From: Dehalococcoidia bacterium
GTDB taxonomy: Bacteria > Chloroflexota > Dehalococcoidia > Bin125
Reading direction: 5' to 3'
DNA: 64,000 nucleotides
Assembly (NCBI GenBank): GCA_965221705.1
Contig: OZ244908.1
Coordinates: 30,154-94,153 of the forward strand
The position numbers and the translations under genes are program-made. Numbering within the stretch: position 1 is the stretch's first letter; the number at the start of each line of letters is the position of its first letter. The notes beneath the pieces were generated by a model. The model saw only the letters and a program-made list of their open reading frames with translations. It had not been told where the DNA came from and did not search any database. Positions 10,631-19,428 of the stretch are shown here, piece by piece.

Positions 10631-13600
10631 TCAGCGACGCGCCGCCGACAACTGACGCCGTACGAGTCGCGAGTACAATCCGTCCTCGGCGGCCAGCTCC
10701 TCATGCCGACCTATCTCGACCACGCGACCCTCATCAAGCACGACGATCTGGTCAGCGTCGCGAACCGTTGACAAACGGTGCGCAATCACCAAGGTCGTGC
10801 GATCCGACATCAACTCATCCAGCGCGTCGCGCACCAGCCGCTCATTGAGACCGTCAAGATGTGATGTCGCCTCGTCGAGAATCAACACCGGCGCGTCCTT
10901 GAGCAGCGCCCGGCCAATGGCGACGCGCTGCCGCTGACCGCCCGAGAGCTGAGCGCCGCGTTCGCCGACCGGCGTGTCCAAGCCCTCTGGTAACGACTCG
11001 ACGAAGTCGGACAGACCAGCGCGTTCGATCGCGAGGCCGAGTTCGTCCTCGCTCGCATCAGGCCTGGCGACCAGCAAGTTGTCCCGAATCGAAGCATTGA
11101 ACAGATACGTGTCCTGAGCGACCAGCGCGACATGACCACGCAGGTCGTCGAGCCGATACGTCCGCAAATCGTTGTCTTCGAGCGTGATCATGCCGTCTTG
11201 CGGGTCCCAGAAGCGCAGCATTAGATGCGCCGCCGTCGTCTTGCCCGCCCCCGACGGACCGACCAGCGCGACCGTGCCGCCCGGCGCGAGGTCGAACGAG
11301 ACGGCGTTCAGCGCCGCGCGCGGGGTGTCCTCGTACGTGAAGCCCACTGAACTGAACGCTCCCTCAGACACGCTTGCCGCGCTCATCGCCTCAGCAGTGG
11401 TCGATGCGGCGGGCAGGCCGGGACCGTCGACCACAACGACAGGTTCGGAATGCACGGCGGTCAAGCGACGCGTCGCCCCCAGCGTGTCGCCCAGCCGGCG
11501 TCCAACCTGAGCCAACTCAGCCACCGGCATGAACGCGCCCATCGCGAGCAGCGTCAACAGCGGCGCGAGCGCCGAATCGATGTCGCCTCGCACTGCCAAC
11601 GCGCCGCCGATCGTCAGGACCGCGAGTCCGCCGAAACCAGTCAATCCCTCGAGCAACGTGCGCTGGGCCGAGATCTGTCGATTGAATCCCGCTCGCACGG
11701 GCATGTACTCGTGCATCAACGACTCGAACTCGCTCTTGCGTTCACGCTCGCGCTGGAATGCCGTCACCTCGCGCAGTCCCTGCAGCGTGTCGACCATGTG
11801 CGCATTCAGCGCGCCGAGATGGTCACGTGACCTGGAGCCCAACCGATCGACGATGCGTCGCGTGAACAACGGACTCAGCGCCGCCAGAATCAGCAGCGGC
11901 GCGAGTCCGAGGCCGAGCCGCCAATCGACGACGAACAGCGTGATCAGCGCCGCGCCGGGCACCACCACGCTGACAAATGCGTTGGCGATCGTGTGGGCGA
12001 AGAAGTACTCGACGGTCTCCACGTCCTGCGTCGCCATCGAAACCAGATCGCCCGAGCGTCGACGCAGCAGATACGCAGGCGCTAGCTGATCGAGCTTGCG
12101 GAAGAGCGCGATCCGCATGTCTGCCAGCAGACGGAACGCCATATCGTGCGAGACCCAGTTCTCGAGGAAGCGGAACAACCCGGTCAACACCGCCACGACG
12201 ATCAACAGCGCGGCGAGCAGATCAATCGAGTCGCCATCGCGCACATTGCCGACCATCAACGCGCCGATCACGCCGACCGCGATCGCGCCGAAGAAGTGCG
12301 CGACGCCGGTCGCAAACGAGAGCGTCGTCTTGAACCAGTACGGCGCGGCCAGAGCCAGCAACCGCGCCGACGTCTCACGCCAGCCCATGCCTTCGGCGCG
12401 GATGATCGCCTCCGAAGCGCCCACTCCACCGTCGTGCAACGCTGCCGAGTCTGCTTGACCGATCGGCTGAGACGGCGGTTCTGCGATGTCGCCGACAATC
12501 TCGTCCAAACCGGGATCAGCCATCTGACCGGCCATTAGCCAGTCATAGACGCCGCCCGCCGCGAGCAAGGTCTCGTGGTCGCCGCGTTCGACCAGACGGC
12601 CGTCGTCGAGCACTAGAATCTCGTCGCAGTCGCGCACGCTCGACAGTCGGTGCGCCATGATCAGCGTCGTCCGACCCTGCATCAAGCGGTCGAGCGCGGA
12701 CTGAATCGTCGCCTCGTTCTCAGCATCAACGCTCGATAGCGCCTCGTCGAGGATCAGCATCGGCGCATCGCGCAACAGCGCCCGCGCGATAGCGATGCGC
12801 TGACGCTCGCCGCCCGATAGCCGGTGTCCGCGTTCGCCGATCACGGTCGCGTAACCCTCGGGCAACGCGCTGATGAACTCATGCGCGTTGGCCGCCTCCG
12901 CGGCGGCGCGAATCTGCTCGTCCGTTGCGTCGGGACGCGCGAAGCGCAGATTGGCCAGCACTGATCCGTGGAACAGATAGGTGTCCTGCAACACCACCGC
13001 CATTTGCGCGCGAATGTCGGCGAACCGCAGCTCGTTCAGGTCCCGACCGCCCAGCCGTATCGTCCCCGACTGCGGCGCGTACAGTCGCTGCAAGAGCCAG
13101 AGCAGCGTGGACTTGCCTGATCCCGAGCGGCCCACCACGCCTATTCGTTTGCCCGGCTCGACCGTGAAGGAAACATCGTCCAACGCCGCGCGACGTCCGC
13201 TCGGATAGCGGAAGCTGACGTGCTCGAACTCAATCCGCGGCTCAAGCGATTCGACCGAAGAAACCTCGGCGTCGGGCGTGAGCGGTTCGGCCCGTTCGAT
13301 GTCGAGCACGCTCTCGGACGCCGCGACGCCCAGCAATCCTTGATGAAACAGCTGGCTCAGTTCGCGCAGCGGACGGAACACTTCCACGCCCAGCATCAAC
13401 ACGACGAGGAGCTCGGCCAGCTCCATTGAGCCGTTCTCGACCCGCAGCGCGCCGACGTACAACGCCACCGCCGCGCCGACTGTGATCGCCAGGATCGTCA
13501 GGCCCTGCGCGACCGCGTTCTGGAACAGCACGCCCATCGTCGACCGAAACACCTCCTGCGCCCGCACCGCCAACGCGTCGCCGCGTCGCCCGCTCTGTCC

Positions 13601-14233
13601 GAACGCCTTCAGCGTCGCCAGACCCTGCACCGAATCGAGAAAGTCGGCAGCGAACGAGCCGTACGCGTCGCGCCTCCGCAGCGACGCCTCGGCGTTCTTC
13701 TGCTTCAGCAAGGCCGGCACGGTCAACGTCAGCAGGGCGAATCCGAAGTAGATCGCCGCCACCGGCAGGTCGAGCCAGCCCATGAAGATAAAGATGCCGA
13801 TCGGCGCCAGCGCGGCCACGATCAACTGCGGCAGATACTGACCGAAGAAGGTCTCCAGCTGCTCGACGCCTTCAATCACGCCCACCGCGACATCGCCCGT
13901 GCGCCGTCGATCGAAGTGCGACGGCCCCAGTCGCGCGACCTGATCGAACAATCGCTGGCGCAATGAGAACTGCACCGCGAGCGCCGTGCCGTTGGCGATC
14001 TCCTCCTTGATGTAAAGCAACACCGATCGCGCCGCGATTGAGGCCGCCGCCGCGATGATCAGCGGCACGAGGTCGCTGAATCCGTCGCCCTCGAAGATCC
14101 GCGCGCCAATCCAACCCAGGAGCGCCAGTCGAGTCACGCCCGCCGCTACTGCGCACAGGCCCACTGCCACCGCGAGCGCGACGCGCCAACGCACGCCCTC
14201 AGTGAATCGCCACAGATCCCAGGAAAACGTCAT
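10631..14233 (-). CDS. Single-chain fused ABC exporter (TMD-NBD-TMD-NBD), CydDC-like
   Basis: Two Walker A motifs (GRSGSGKST, GPSGAGKTT), two signatures (LSGGERQR, LSGGQRQR) and two multi-TM domains in 1200 aa. Confidence 0.9.
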   Translation of the reverse strand: MTFSWDLWRFTEGVRWRVALAVAVGLCAVAAGVTRLALLGWIGARIFEGDGFSDLVPLIIAAAASIAARSVLLYIKEEIANGTALAVQFSLRQRLFDQVARLGPSHFDRRRTGDVAVGVIEGVEQLETFFGQYLPQLIVAALAPIGIFIFMGWLDLPVAAIYFGFALLTLTVPALLKQKNAEASLRRRDAYGSFAADFLDSVQGLATLKAFGQSGRRGDALAVRAQEVFRSTMGVLFQNAVAQGLTILAITVGAAVALYVGALRVENGSMELAELLVVLMLGVEVFRPLRELSQLFHQGLLGVAASESVLDIERAEPLTPDAEVSSVESLEPRIEFEHVSFRYPSGRRAALDDVSFTVEPGKRIGVVGRSGSGKSTLLWLLQRLYAPQSGTIRLGGRDLNELRFADIRAQMAVVLQDTYLFHGSVLANLRFARPDATDEQIRAAAEAANAHEFISALPEGYATVIGERGHRLSGGERQRIAIARALLRDAPMLILDEALSSVDAENEATIQSALDRLMQGRTTLIMAHRLSSVRDCDEILVLDDGRLVERGDHETLLAAGGVYDWLMAGQMADPGLDEIVGDIAEPPSQPIGQADSAALHDGGVGASEAIIRAEGMGWRETSARLLALAAPYWFKTTLSFATGVAHFFGAIAVGVIGALMVGNVRDGDSIDLLAALLIVVAVLTGLFRFLENWVSHDMAFRLLADMRIALFRKLDQLAPAYLLRRRSGDLVSMATQDVETVEYFFAHTIANAFVSVVVPGAALITLFVVDWRLGLGLAPLLILAALSPLFTRRIVDRLGSRSRDHLGALNAHMVDTLQGLREVTAFQRERERKSEFESLMHEYMPVRAGFNRQISAQRTLLEGLTGFGGLAVLTIGGALAVRGDIDSALAPLLTLLAMGAFMPVAELAQVGRRLGDTLGATRRLTAVHSEPVVVVDGPGLPAASTTAEAMSAASVSEGAFSSVGFTYEDTPRAALNAVSFDLAPGGTVALVGPSGAGKTTAAHLMLRFWDPQDGMITLEDNDLRTYRLDDLRGHVALVAQDTYLFNASIRDNLLVARPDASEDELGLAIERAGLSDFVESLPEGLDTPVGERGAQLSGGQRQRVAIGRALLKDAPVLILDEATSHLDGLNERLVRDALDELMSDRTTLVIAHRLSTVRDADQIVVLDEGRVVEIGRHEELAAEDGLYSRLVRRQLSAARR

Positions 14234-14278
14234 ACCGCGCCCGAGTCTACCGCCTCGCTCCGCCTCAGGCGCTGCGCG

Positions 14279-14713
14279 CTACTTGTCGAGCGTGTCAAAC
14301 CCGTCCCAGCCGGGACGCGCAGCGGCCTGCTCGATCCAGCGGCTTAGACTGGCCTCGTCGAACTCGCCCTCGTGGATGTCGATCCACCGCGAGTCGGGAT
14401 CCTTGCCCGAGCCGGGCGGCTCAGGATCGAACTCCGCGCCCTGCAAGAAGGTCACTTTCACATAACGGGTGAAGACGTGATAGCTCAGAAACCAGCCCTG
14501 ACCCTCAATCCCATAGAAGGGCGAGTTCCAACGAACTGCCTTGCGCACATTGGGTACGAGCCGCACGATTAGTTCGTCCAGCCGCCGCCCGGTGTCACGC
14601 TTCCAGCCGGGCATCGCCGCGATGTACGCCTGCACCGGCGCATCGCCGTCGGCCTTGGCGATCTGCGGATTGCCGCCCGATAACAGTTTCGGCTTCGTCG
14701 ACTCTTCCGGCAT
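14279..14713 (-). CDS. DUF1801 (YdhG-like) protein
   Basis: LLSGGNPQIAKADGDAPVQAYIAAMPGWK...KAVRWNSPFYG. Confidence 0.85.
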   Translation of the reverse strand: MPEESTKPKLLSGGNPQIAKADGDAPVQAYIAAMPGWKRDTGRRLDELIVRLVPNVRKAVRWNSPFYGIEGQGWFLSYHVFTRYVKVTFLQGAEFDPEPPGSGKDPDSRWIDIHEGEFDEASLSRWIEQAAARPGWDGFDTLDK

Positions 14714-14793
14714 ATCACTCCAACGTTCTACCTATAACCCAGAGTAGCTGCGCCGCGACGAAGTCTAGCGTTCCAGTCTGAAGTGGGACCGAG

Positions 14794-15714
14794 CTATCGT
14801 CTGCGGCTTGTGTCAGGCGGCTGGCCGATCGATTCAACGAACAGCCTCACGTCTCGGTTGGCCGCGGCTTGTATGTCCGACTCACTCGCCACCGAGTCAG
14901 CGGCGCCTTCGCCCGTCGAGGGTGTCAAACGAATCTCGGCGCTAGAGAACTCGCCAGTCTCATAACAAAAGCTGACAATGGAAGAGTAGCCTGTCCCAAT
15001 AAGTACAACGTCGAAGAATCGGTAGCATGGATCTGGCGGATCCGAGTCGTACCAGACATGCTCATCCCCACCTAGCTGTCCAGATGTTCCCGGCGGAAAT
15101 GTCAACCAATGGCCGTAGACGCGATAAGTCTCGCCGCCTGTCATCGTCCAAGGATCGTTGAGTAACACGTACAGATCGAGCTCGGCCTCGGCGGTCACAC
15201 CGCGAACATCAGTCACCGCAGCCTTGATAGTCTTCCAGCCTGAGTCCAACTCGGGATCGGCGTTATACCAACGATGATCGACAGGGGTTGCCGCTGACTT
15301 GTGAAAGTACGTACCGGCCGTTGTATCGGCGCAGCCCGCCATCGCGACGCCGGTCTTTCCACGGTAGACCCCCAGCCCATCCCTGTTCTCGCCGTCAATG
15401 GTGAGGAGGTATGGTCCGGCCCCTCCAGACACCTGCCACTGAACGTCGATGTGGGCGTTGCGATTGGACCATCCTCGGCTGACCTCCACTCTCTCGCGAT
15501 TTCCTTGATCATCAGTGTGGAGTTCCGAGCCGAAGTACTCCACTGCCCGAGGCGTCTCACAGTACTCGGCGTCAGTCGAGAGGGTCAGTGTCAGCGGCTC
15601 GAACCGCGCCGCCGGGATGCTGGCTCGGCAGCCGACTGCGACCACCGCAAGCGTCAACACGACGCCGAGCGCGACAAGCGCGCGAAGCTCAGCCGCCAAC
15701 CCGTGTGCACCCAC
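14794..15714 (-). CDS. Putative lipoprotein of a novel paralogous family (copy 1)
   Basis: Probable GTG start after a GAGAGG SD; lipobox VAVGC; shares WQVSGG.GPY.LTIDGE, DSGWKTI.A.VTD and GETYRVYG with the ORFs at 34045 and 34962. Confidence 0.75.
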   Translation of the reverse strand: MGAHGLAAELRALVALGVVLTLAVVAVGCRASIPAARFEPLTLTLSTDAEYCETPRAVEYFGSELHTDDQGNRERVEVSRGWSNRNAHIDVQWQVSGGAGPYLLTIDGENRDGLGVYRGKTGVAMAGCADTTAGTYFHKSAATPVDHRWYNADPELDSGWKTIKAAVTDVRGVTAEAELDLYVLLNDPWTMTGGETYRVYGHWLTFPPGTSGQLGGDEHVWYDSDPPDPCYRFFDVVLIGTGYSSIVSFCYETGEFSSAEIRLTPSTGEGAADSVASESDIQAAANRDVRLFVESIGQPPDTSRRR

Positions 15715-15848
15715 TGCAACCCTCTCTTCGAGGGTCAATGGTACGAAACTGAGACTGGACGGCGGGCTGTCGGACTGGTCAGGGAGCGGGAACATCCCGA
15801 TCCCCTCGCCCCTTCCCATCCTCTCTCCCTTCCCCATTCCCTCGCCCC

Positions 15849-15892
15849 CTCTGATCCCCTCTCCCCGCCGGGGAGAGGGTTAGGGTGAGGGG
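15849..15892 (-). repeat. REP-like palindromic element (CCCTCACCCTAACCCTCTCCCC-n-GGGGAGAGGGGATC)
   Basis: Same element at 21167, 21231, 23561 and 36825. Confidence 0.85.
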
Positions 15893-16244
15893 CCTCCGCT
15901 CCGAGAGGTCGTCGCAGACTCGTTTCAACACTGCTCCGAACGGGCAACCCCAGGCCTCTGACACGGACCAGTGGTATGACCACGCCATGCCTGACGCGAT
16001 GATCGAAGCGTCGACGCAAACGCCCGCTGCTCGCCTGATCGACCGATCGATCTGCGACCTCAGCGGGTATCATTTGAACTCTGACCCCTCTGCCGAACCA
16101 GGAGTGTGTTGGATGCGGGTAGCTGTCGTCCACAACCGCGATGCAAACGGCGTGATCAACGTCTTCGGACCGCAAAATCGCGAGCGCTACAACCCGCGCA
16201 CGGTAGAGCGCGTCGCCCGCGCCCTGGAGTCGGGCTCAAGGCCT

Positions 16245-16610
16245 CTAACCCGACGCCAGTCTCCGAAACTGTCTCAGGAACATCTTCTCCCTCCTCGCAT
16301 ATTCAGCAGGATTCGTTACCCAGATTCGAGCCAGATCACTGGGCACTCTCGGGTCGATCGTTGTGAATTTGCAGCGAGAACACACGAGTTCAAGACAACC
16401 AGGGGTTGAGGTGAAGTACGAAGTCACTTCGACCTCTCCATTGGCTTTTGCTTCGAGCCGTGTATGTGGGCATAGGGCTTTCAGTGACTCAATCTGATGC
16501 TTCCTGCGATCGCGAAGCCATTCATTTGCATCAAACGTAACTTGAAACCGCAAGAGCAATAGGCCGCCAAAGATACACGAGACGATCAGCCACACAAAGT
16601 CCGGGATCAT
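16245..16610 (-). CDS. Small N-terminal-TM protein with a putative Zn-ribbon (CPH...CSRC), translationally coupled to the MTase-HNH gene
   Basis: ATGA start/stop overlap with the upstream gene; MIPDFVWLIVSCIFGGLLLLRF hydrophobic segment; 121 aa; lower GC. Confidence 0.65.
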   Translation of the reverse strand: MIPDFVWLIVSCIFGGLLLLRFQVTFDANEWLRDRRKHQIESLKALCPHTRLEAKANGEVEVTSYFTSTPGCLELVCSRCKFTTIDPRVPSDLARIWVTNPAEYARREKMFLRQFRRLASG

Positions 16611-17902
16611 CGAGTCTCCTTCGCCATGCGACCGCGCTTGACGTTTTCGTCCCGTAGACCGCTGAGGGTGAGTCGATTCGACTTGATCCGATTGCAGGGT
16701 CCGCAGAGCAGCAATCGGTTGGAGATGTGATTGAGGCCGCCGTCCGACCGCGGCGTGTTGTGGTCGAGCTCGAGGTAGAGCGGGTCGTCGAACACCCGAT
16801 CGCATCCAGAACAGGTAAGACCGTTCTCCTCGATCAAGATCTCGACCATCTCTTGACGGTTCATCTTGGGCCCGGGCGGTTCCGAGACTCTCCGCTTCTT
16901 GGTCTTGAGGATTGGCGCTGCAGTCTCGCCTTCGTCGGTTCGCATTGGCGGGACGGTGCTGTACCCAATCTGGCCAAACGTGAGAAGTCGGCCAGCGCCA
17001 TCGCCGTCGGGCGCTGCAAGACCTTCCTGCTTGAGTCGGTCGATAACAGTTTCGTGCGCTTGGTCCCAGATGTCGATACCGACCCATTGTCTGCCGAGCC
17101 TCTCTGCAGCAATAGGTGTTGTCGCGCAACCACAGAACGGATCGAGCACAATGTCGCCTTCGTTCGAGGACGCCTTGATGATTCGCTCATATACTGCAAG
17201 TGGCTTCTGAGTCGGATAGCCTACTCTTTCAGGAGTGTTTGGGCCAAAGGTCATATGCCACCAATCTTCAGGAACCTTACCGTTGTTCTTGCGCTCGACG
17301 TCGGGACCGCTAAACCCGCCCAACTCATTCCACTTAGAAGGTACGCGAATCTCATCTCTGTTGAACGTAGCCTCAGGGTAAGAGTAGAAGAGAATAGTGT
17401 CGTGTTTGCGTGGAAAGTGACGCAATGCTCGTTGTGGACCGGTGTAGCACCACGCGATTTCATTGCGAAAGTGCATTCTGCCAAACACTGCATCCATAAG
17501 CGCCTTGACCCATGCTTGCGCCGTGTGATCTATATGTAAGTACAAGCTTCCGTCGTCGCGCAGGATGCGGTGCATCTCCAACAGCCGCACGCCGAGCCAA
17601 CACAGATAGGCCGCCATGTCCTGTCCCGCTGCGGCGCGGGCGGCCTCGATGACCTGCCAGACGGCCGGCCAGTCGTCCTGGATGGCGTCGACCCACTCCT
17701 GATGCACGTCGCGGTCCCAACTCCAGCGGTCTTCGAAGCGGGCGCCGGCGGCGAGCGAGTCGGGCGTCGCGTGGAAGTCGCGCCCCTTGTTGAATGGCGG
17801 ATCGGTGGCAATCAGGTGAATCGTGTTTGAGTTGATGCCGCGCAGGAATGGCAGGTTGTCGCCGTGGTACAGAGTGCGGTTTTGGACGTTGACGGTTGCC
17901 AT
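16607..17902 (-). CDS. DNA methyltransferase (N6/N4, beta class) fused to a C-terminal HNH endonuclease
   Basis: LYHGDNL, motif IV ATDPPFN, YPTQKP, motif I VLDPFCGCATT; C-terminal CSGC...LDHNTPRSDGG...NRLLLCGPCN. Confidence 0.9.
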   Translation of the reverse strand: MATVNVQNRTLYHGDNLPFLRGINSNTIHLIATDPPFNKGRDFHATPDSLAAGARFEDRWSWDRDVHQEWVDAIQDDWPAVWQVIEAARAAAGQDMAAYLCWLGVRLLEMHRILRDDGSLYLHIDHTAQAWVKALMDAVFGRMHFRNEIAWCYTGPQRALRHFPRKHDTILFYSYPEATFNRDEIRVPSKWNELGGFSGPDVERKNNGKVPEDWWHMTFGPNTPERVGYPTQKPLAVYERIIKASSNEGDIVLDPFCGCATTPIAAERLGRQWVGIDIWDQAHETVIDRLKQEGLAAPDGDGAGRLLTFGQIGYSTVPPMRTDEGETAAPILKTKKRRVSEPPGPKMNRQEMVEILIEENGLTCSGCDRVFDDPLYLELDHNTPRSDGGLNHISNRLLLCGPCNRIKSNRLTLSGLRDENVKRGRMAKETR

Positions 17903-17969
17903 GGCTGCTTGGTGCATATGTTCGCATAGCCCGGCGCGCATTGCAAGTCGCTATCGCCACGCCCCTGGA

Positions 17970-18545
17970 CGCCAAGGCCGGCGATGTCTTTCGTCAGCCC
18001 GAACTGGCCAACCTCTTCGAACTGATCGCCGCCTCGGGCGTCGAGTCGTTCTACCAAGGCGACGTTGCCGAGCAGATCGATCGAGACATGCGTGAACACG
18101 ATGGATTCCTCCGCGCCGAGGACCTGGCGCTGATTCCCTGGCCAATTGTCCGACGACCGCCGCGCCGACGATCGTGTTTCACGATCGACAACCCTGGATC
18201 GCGCTGGGCAGTCCCGGCAGCGAGCGAATCTTCTCCTCGTTGGCCCAGGTGCTGAGTCGAATTGTGGACGGTTCCGCTTCCCTCGATCAGGCGATCGATG
18301 CGCCCCGCCTGCACTGCTCGATCGGCGGCAAGATCAGCCTCGAAGCGGATCGATTTGAGCCGAGCGCGATCGCTCGGCTCGAGGACGCGGGATATCAGAT
18401 CGATGCGCATGACGCCTACGCGTTCTATCTGGGCTGTGTGCAAGCCGTGATGCGTTGCCAAAGTCAGGCGGGATTCCAGGGCGCCGCTGACCCTCGTCGC
18501 GACGGCACAGCCGCGGGCCCCGCCTCAGTCACCGCGTCGACATGA
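17970..18545 (+). pseudogene. Gamma-glutamyltransferase remnant (5' truncated, with internal deletion/frameshift)
   Basis: Large-subunit fragment GDVFRQPELANLFELIA..GVESFYQGDVAEQI...EDL is joined out of frame to the small-subunit end APTIVF...ALGSPGSERI...AIDAPRLH...GAADPRRDG. Confidence 0.8.
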
Positions 18546-19318
18546 CGTTGCCCGTCCTCCTCTCGATTCCCCACGGCGGCGATCGGGTACCGCCCGAGGC
18601 CGCGGCGGCAACGGCGCTCAACGCAGCGGACATCTTCAGCGACGGCGACGCCTGCACCCGCGAGATCTACGACCTCGGCGATCAGGTCGCCGCCGTGCAG
18701 CAGGCGACGATCGCCCGTGCGTTCGTCGACCTGAATCGAGGCATCGACGTTCGTCCGCCGGATCAACCCGATGGCGTCGTCAAGTCGCTGACCGCCGACC
18801 GAATCCCCGTCTGGCGACACGGCGGAGCGCCAGCGGACGAACTGGCTGAGACGCTGCTCGAGCGCTACTGGCATCCGTATCATCGCCGCCTGGAAGCGCT
18901 AGCCGACTCGCCCGACCTGCGGCTGGGAATTGACTGCCACTCGATGGCCGCCGTCGCGCCCGCGATCGCTCCGCGTCCCGGCGAGCCGCGTCCGCTGTTC
19001 TGCCTCAGTAACGCCAACGGCGACACAGCGCCCGACGAGCTGCTGCGCGAACTCGCCGATGCGCTCGCCGACTCATTCGAGTGCGATCGCGCCGACATCC
19101 TCCTCAACGATCCGTTTCAAGGCGGCTTCATCACGCGCTGGCACGGTAGGCGCTTCGCCAGCGGCGGCTTGCCTTGGCTGCAGATCGAGATGAATCGCAG
19201 TTGGTATCTGGCTGAACCGTGGTATGACGCATCGACGCAAACAGTGCAACCCCAACGACTGCGCGAGCTGAACCAGCGCATGCGCGCCGCGCTGTTTGCT
19301 GTCGACTGGCTACGGTAG
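18542..19318 (+). CDS. N-formylglutamate amidohydrolase family protein
   Basis: LSIPHGG, ARAFVDLNR, YWHPYH, IDCHSM, NDPFQGGFIT, LQIEMNR. Confidence 0.88.
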   Translation: MTLPVLLSIPHGGDRVPPEAAAATALNAADIFSDGDACTREIYDLGDQVAAVQQATIARAFVDLNRGIDVRPPDQPDGVVKSLTADRIPVWRHGGAPADELAETLLERYWHPYHRRLEALADSPDLRLGIDCHSMAAVAPAIAPRPGEPRPLFCLSNANGDTAPDELLRELADALADSFECDRADILLNDPFQGGFITRWHGRRFASGGLPWLQIEMNRSWYLAEPWYDASTQTVQPQRLRELNQRMRAALFAVDWLR

Positions 19319-19428
19319 CGCGAGCCTGGGTCGGCATGGCGCCCTGGCGGCAAGCGGAACTGAGTCGCCGCGCTGGATACTGTGCTAGTCGCCCGACTGA
19401 TGTCAACGTCGTGGATGGAGTGTGACCA

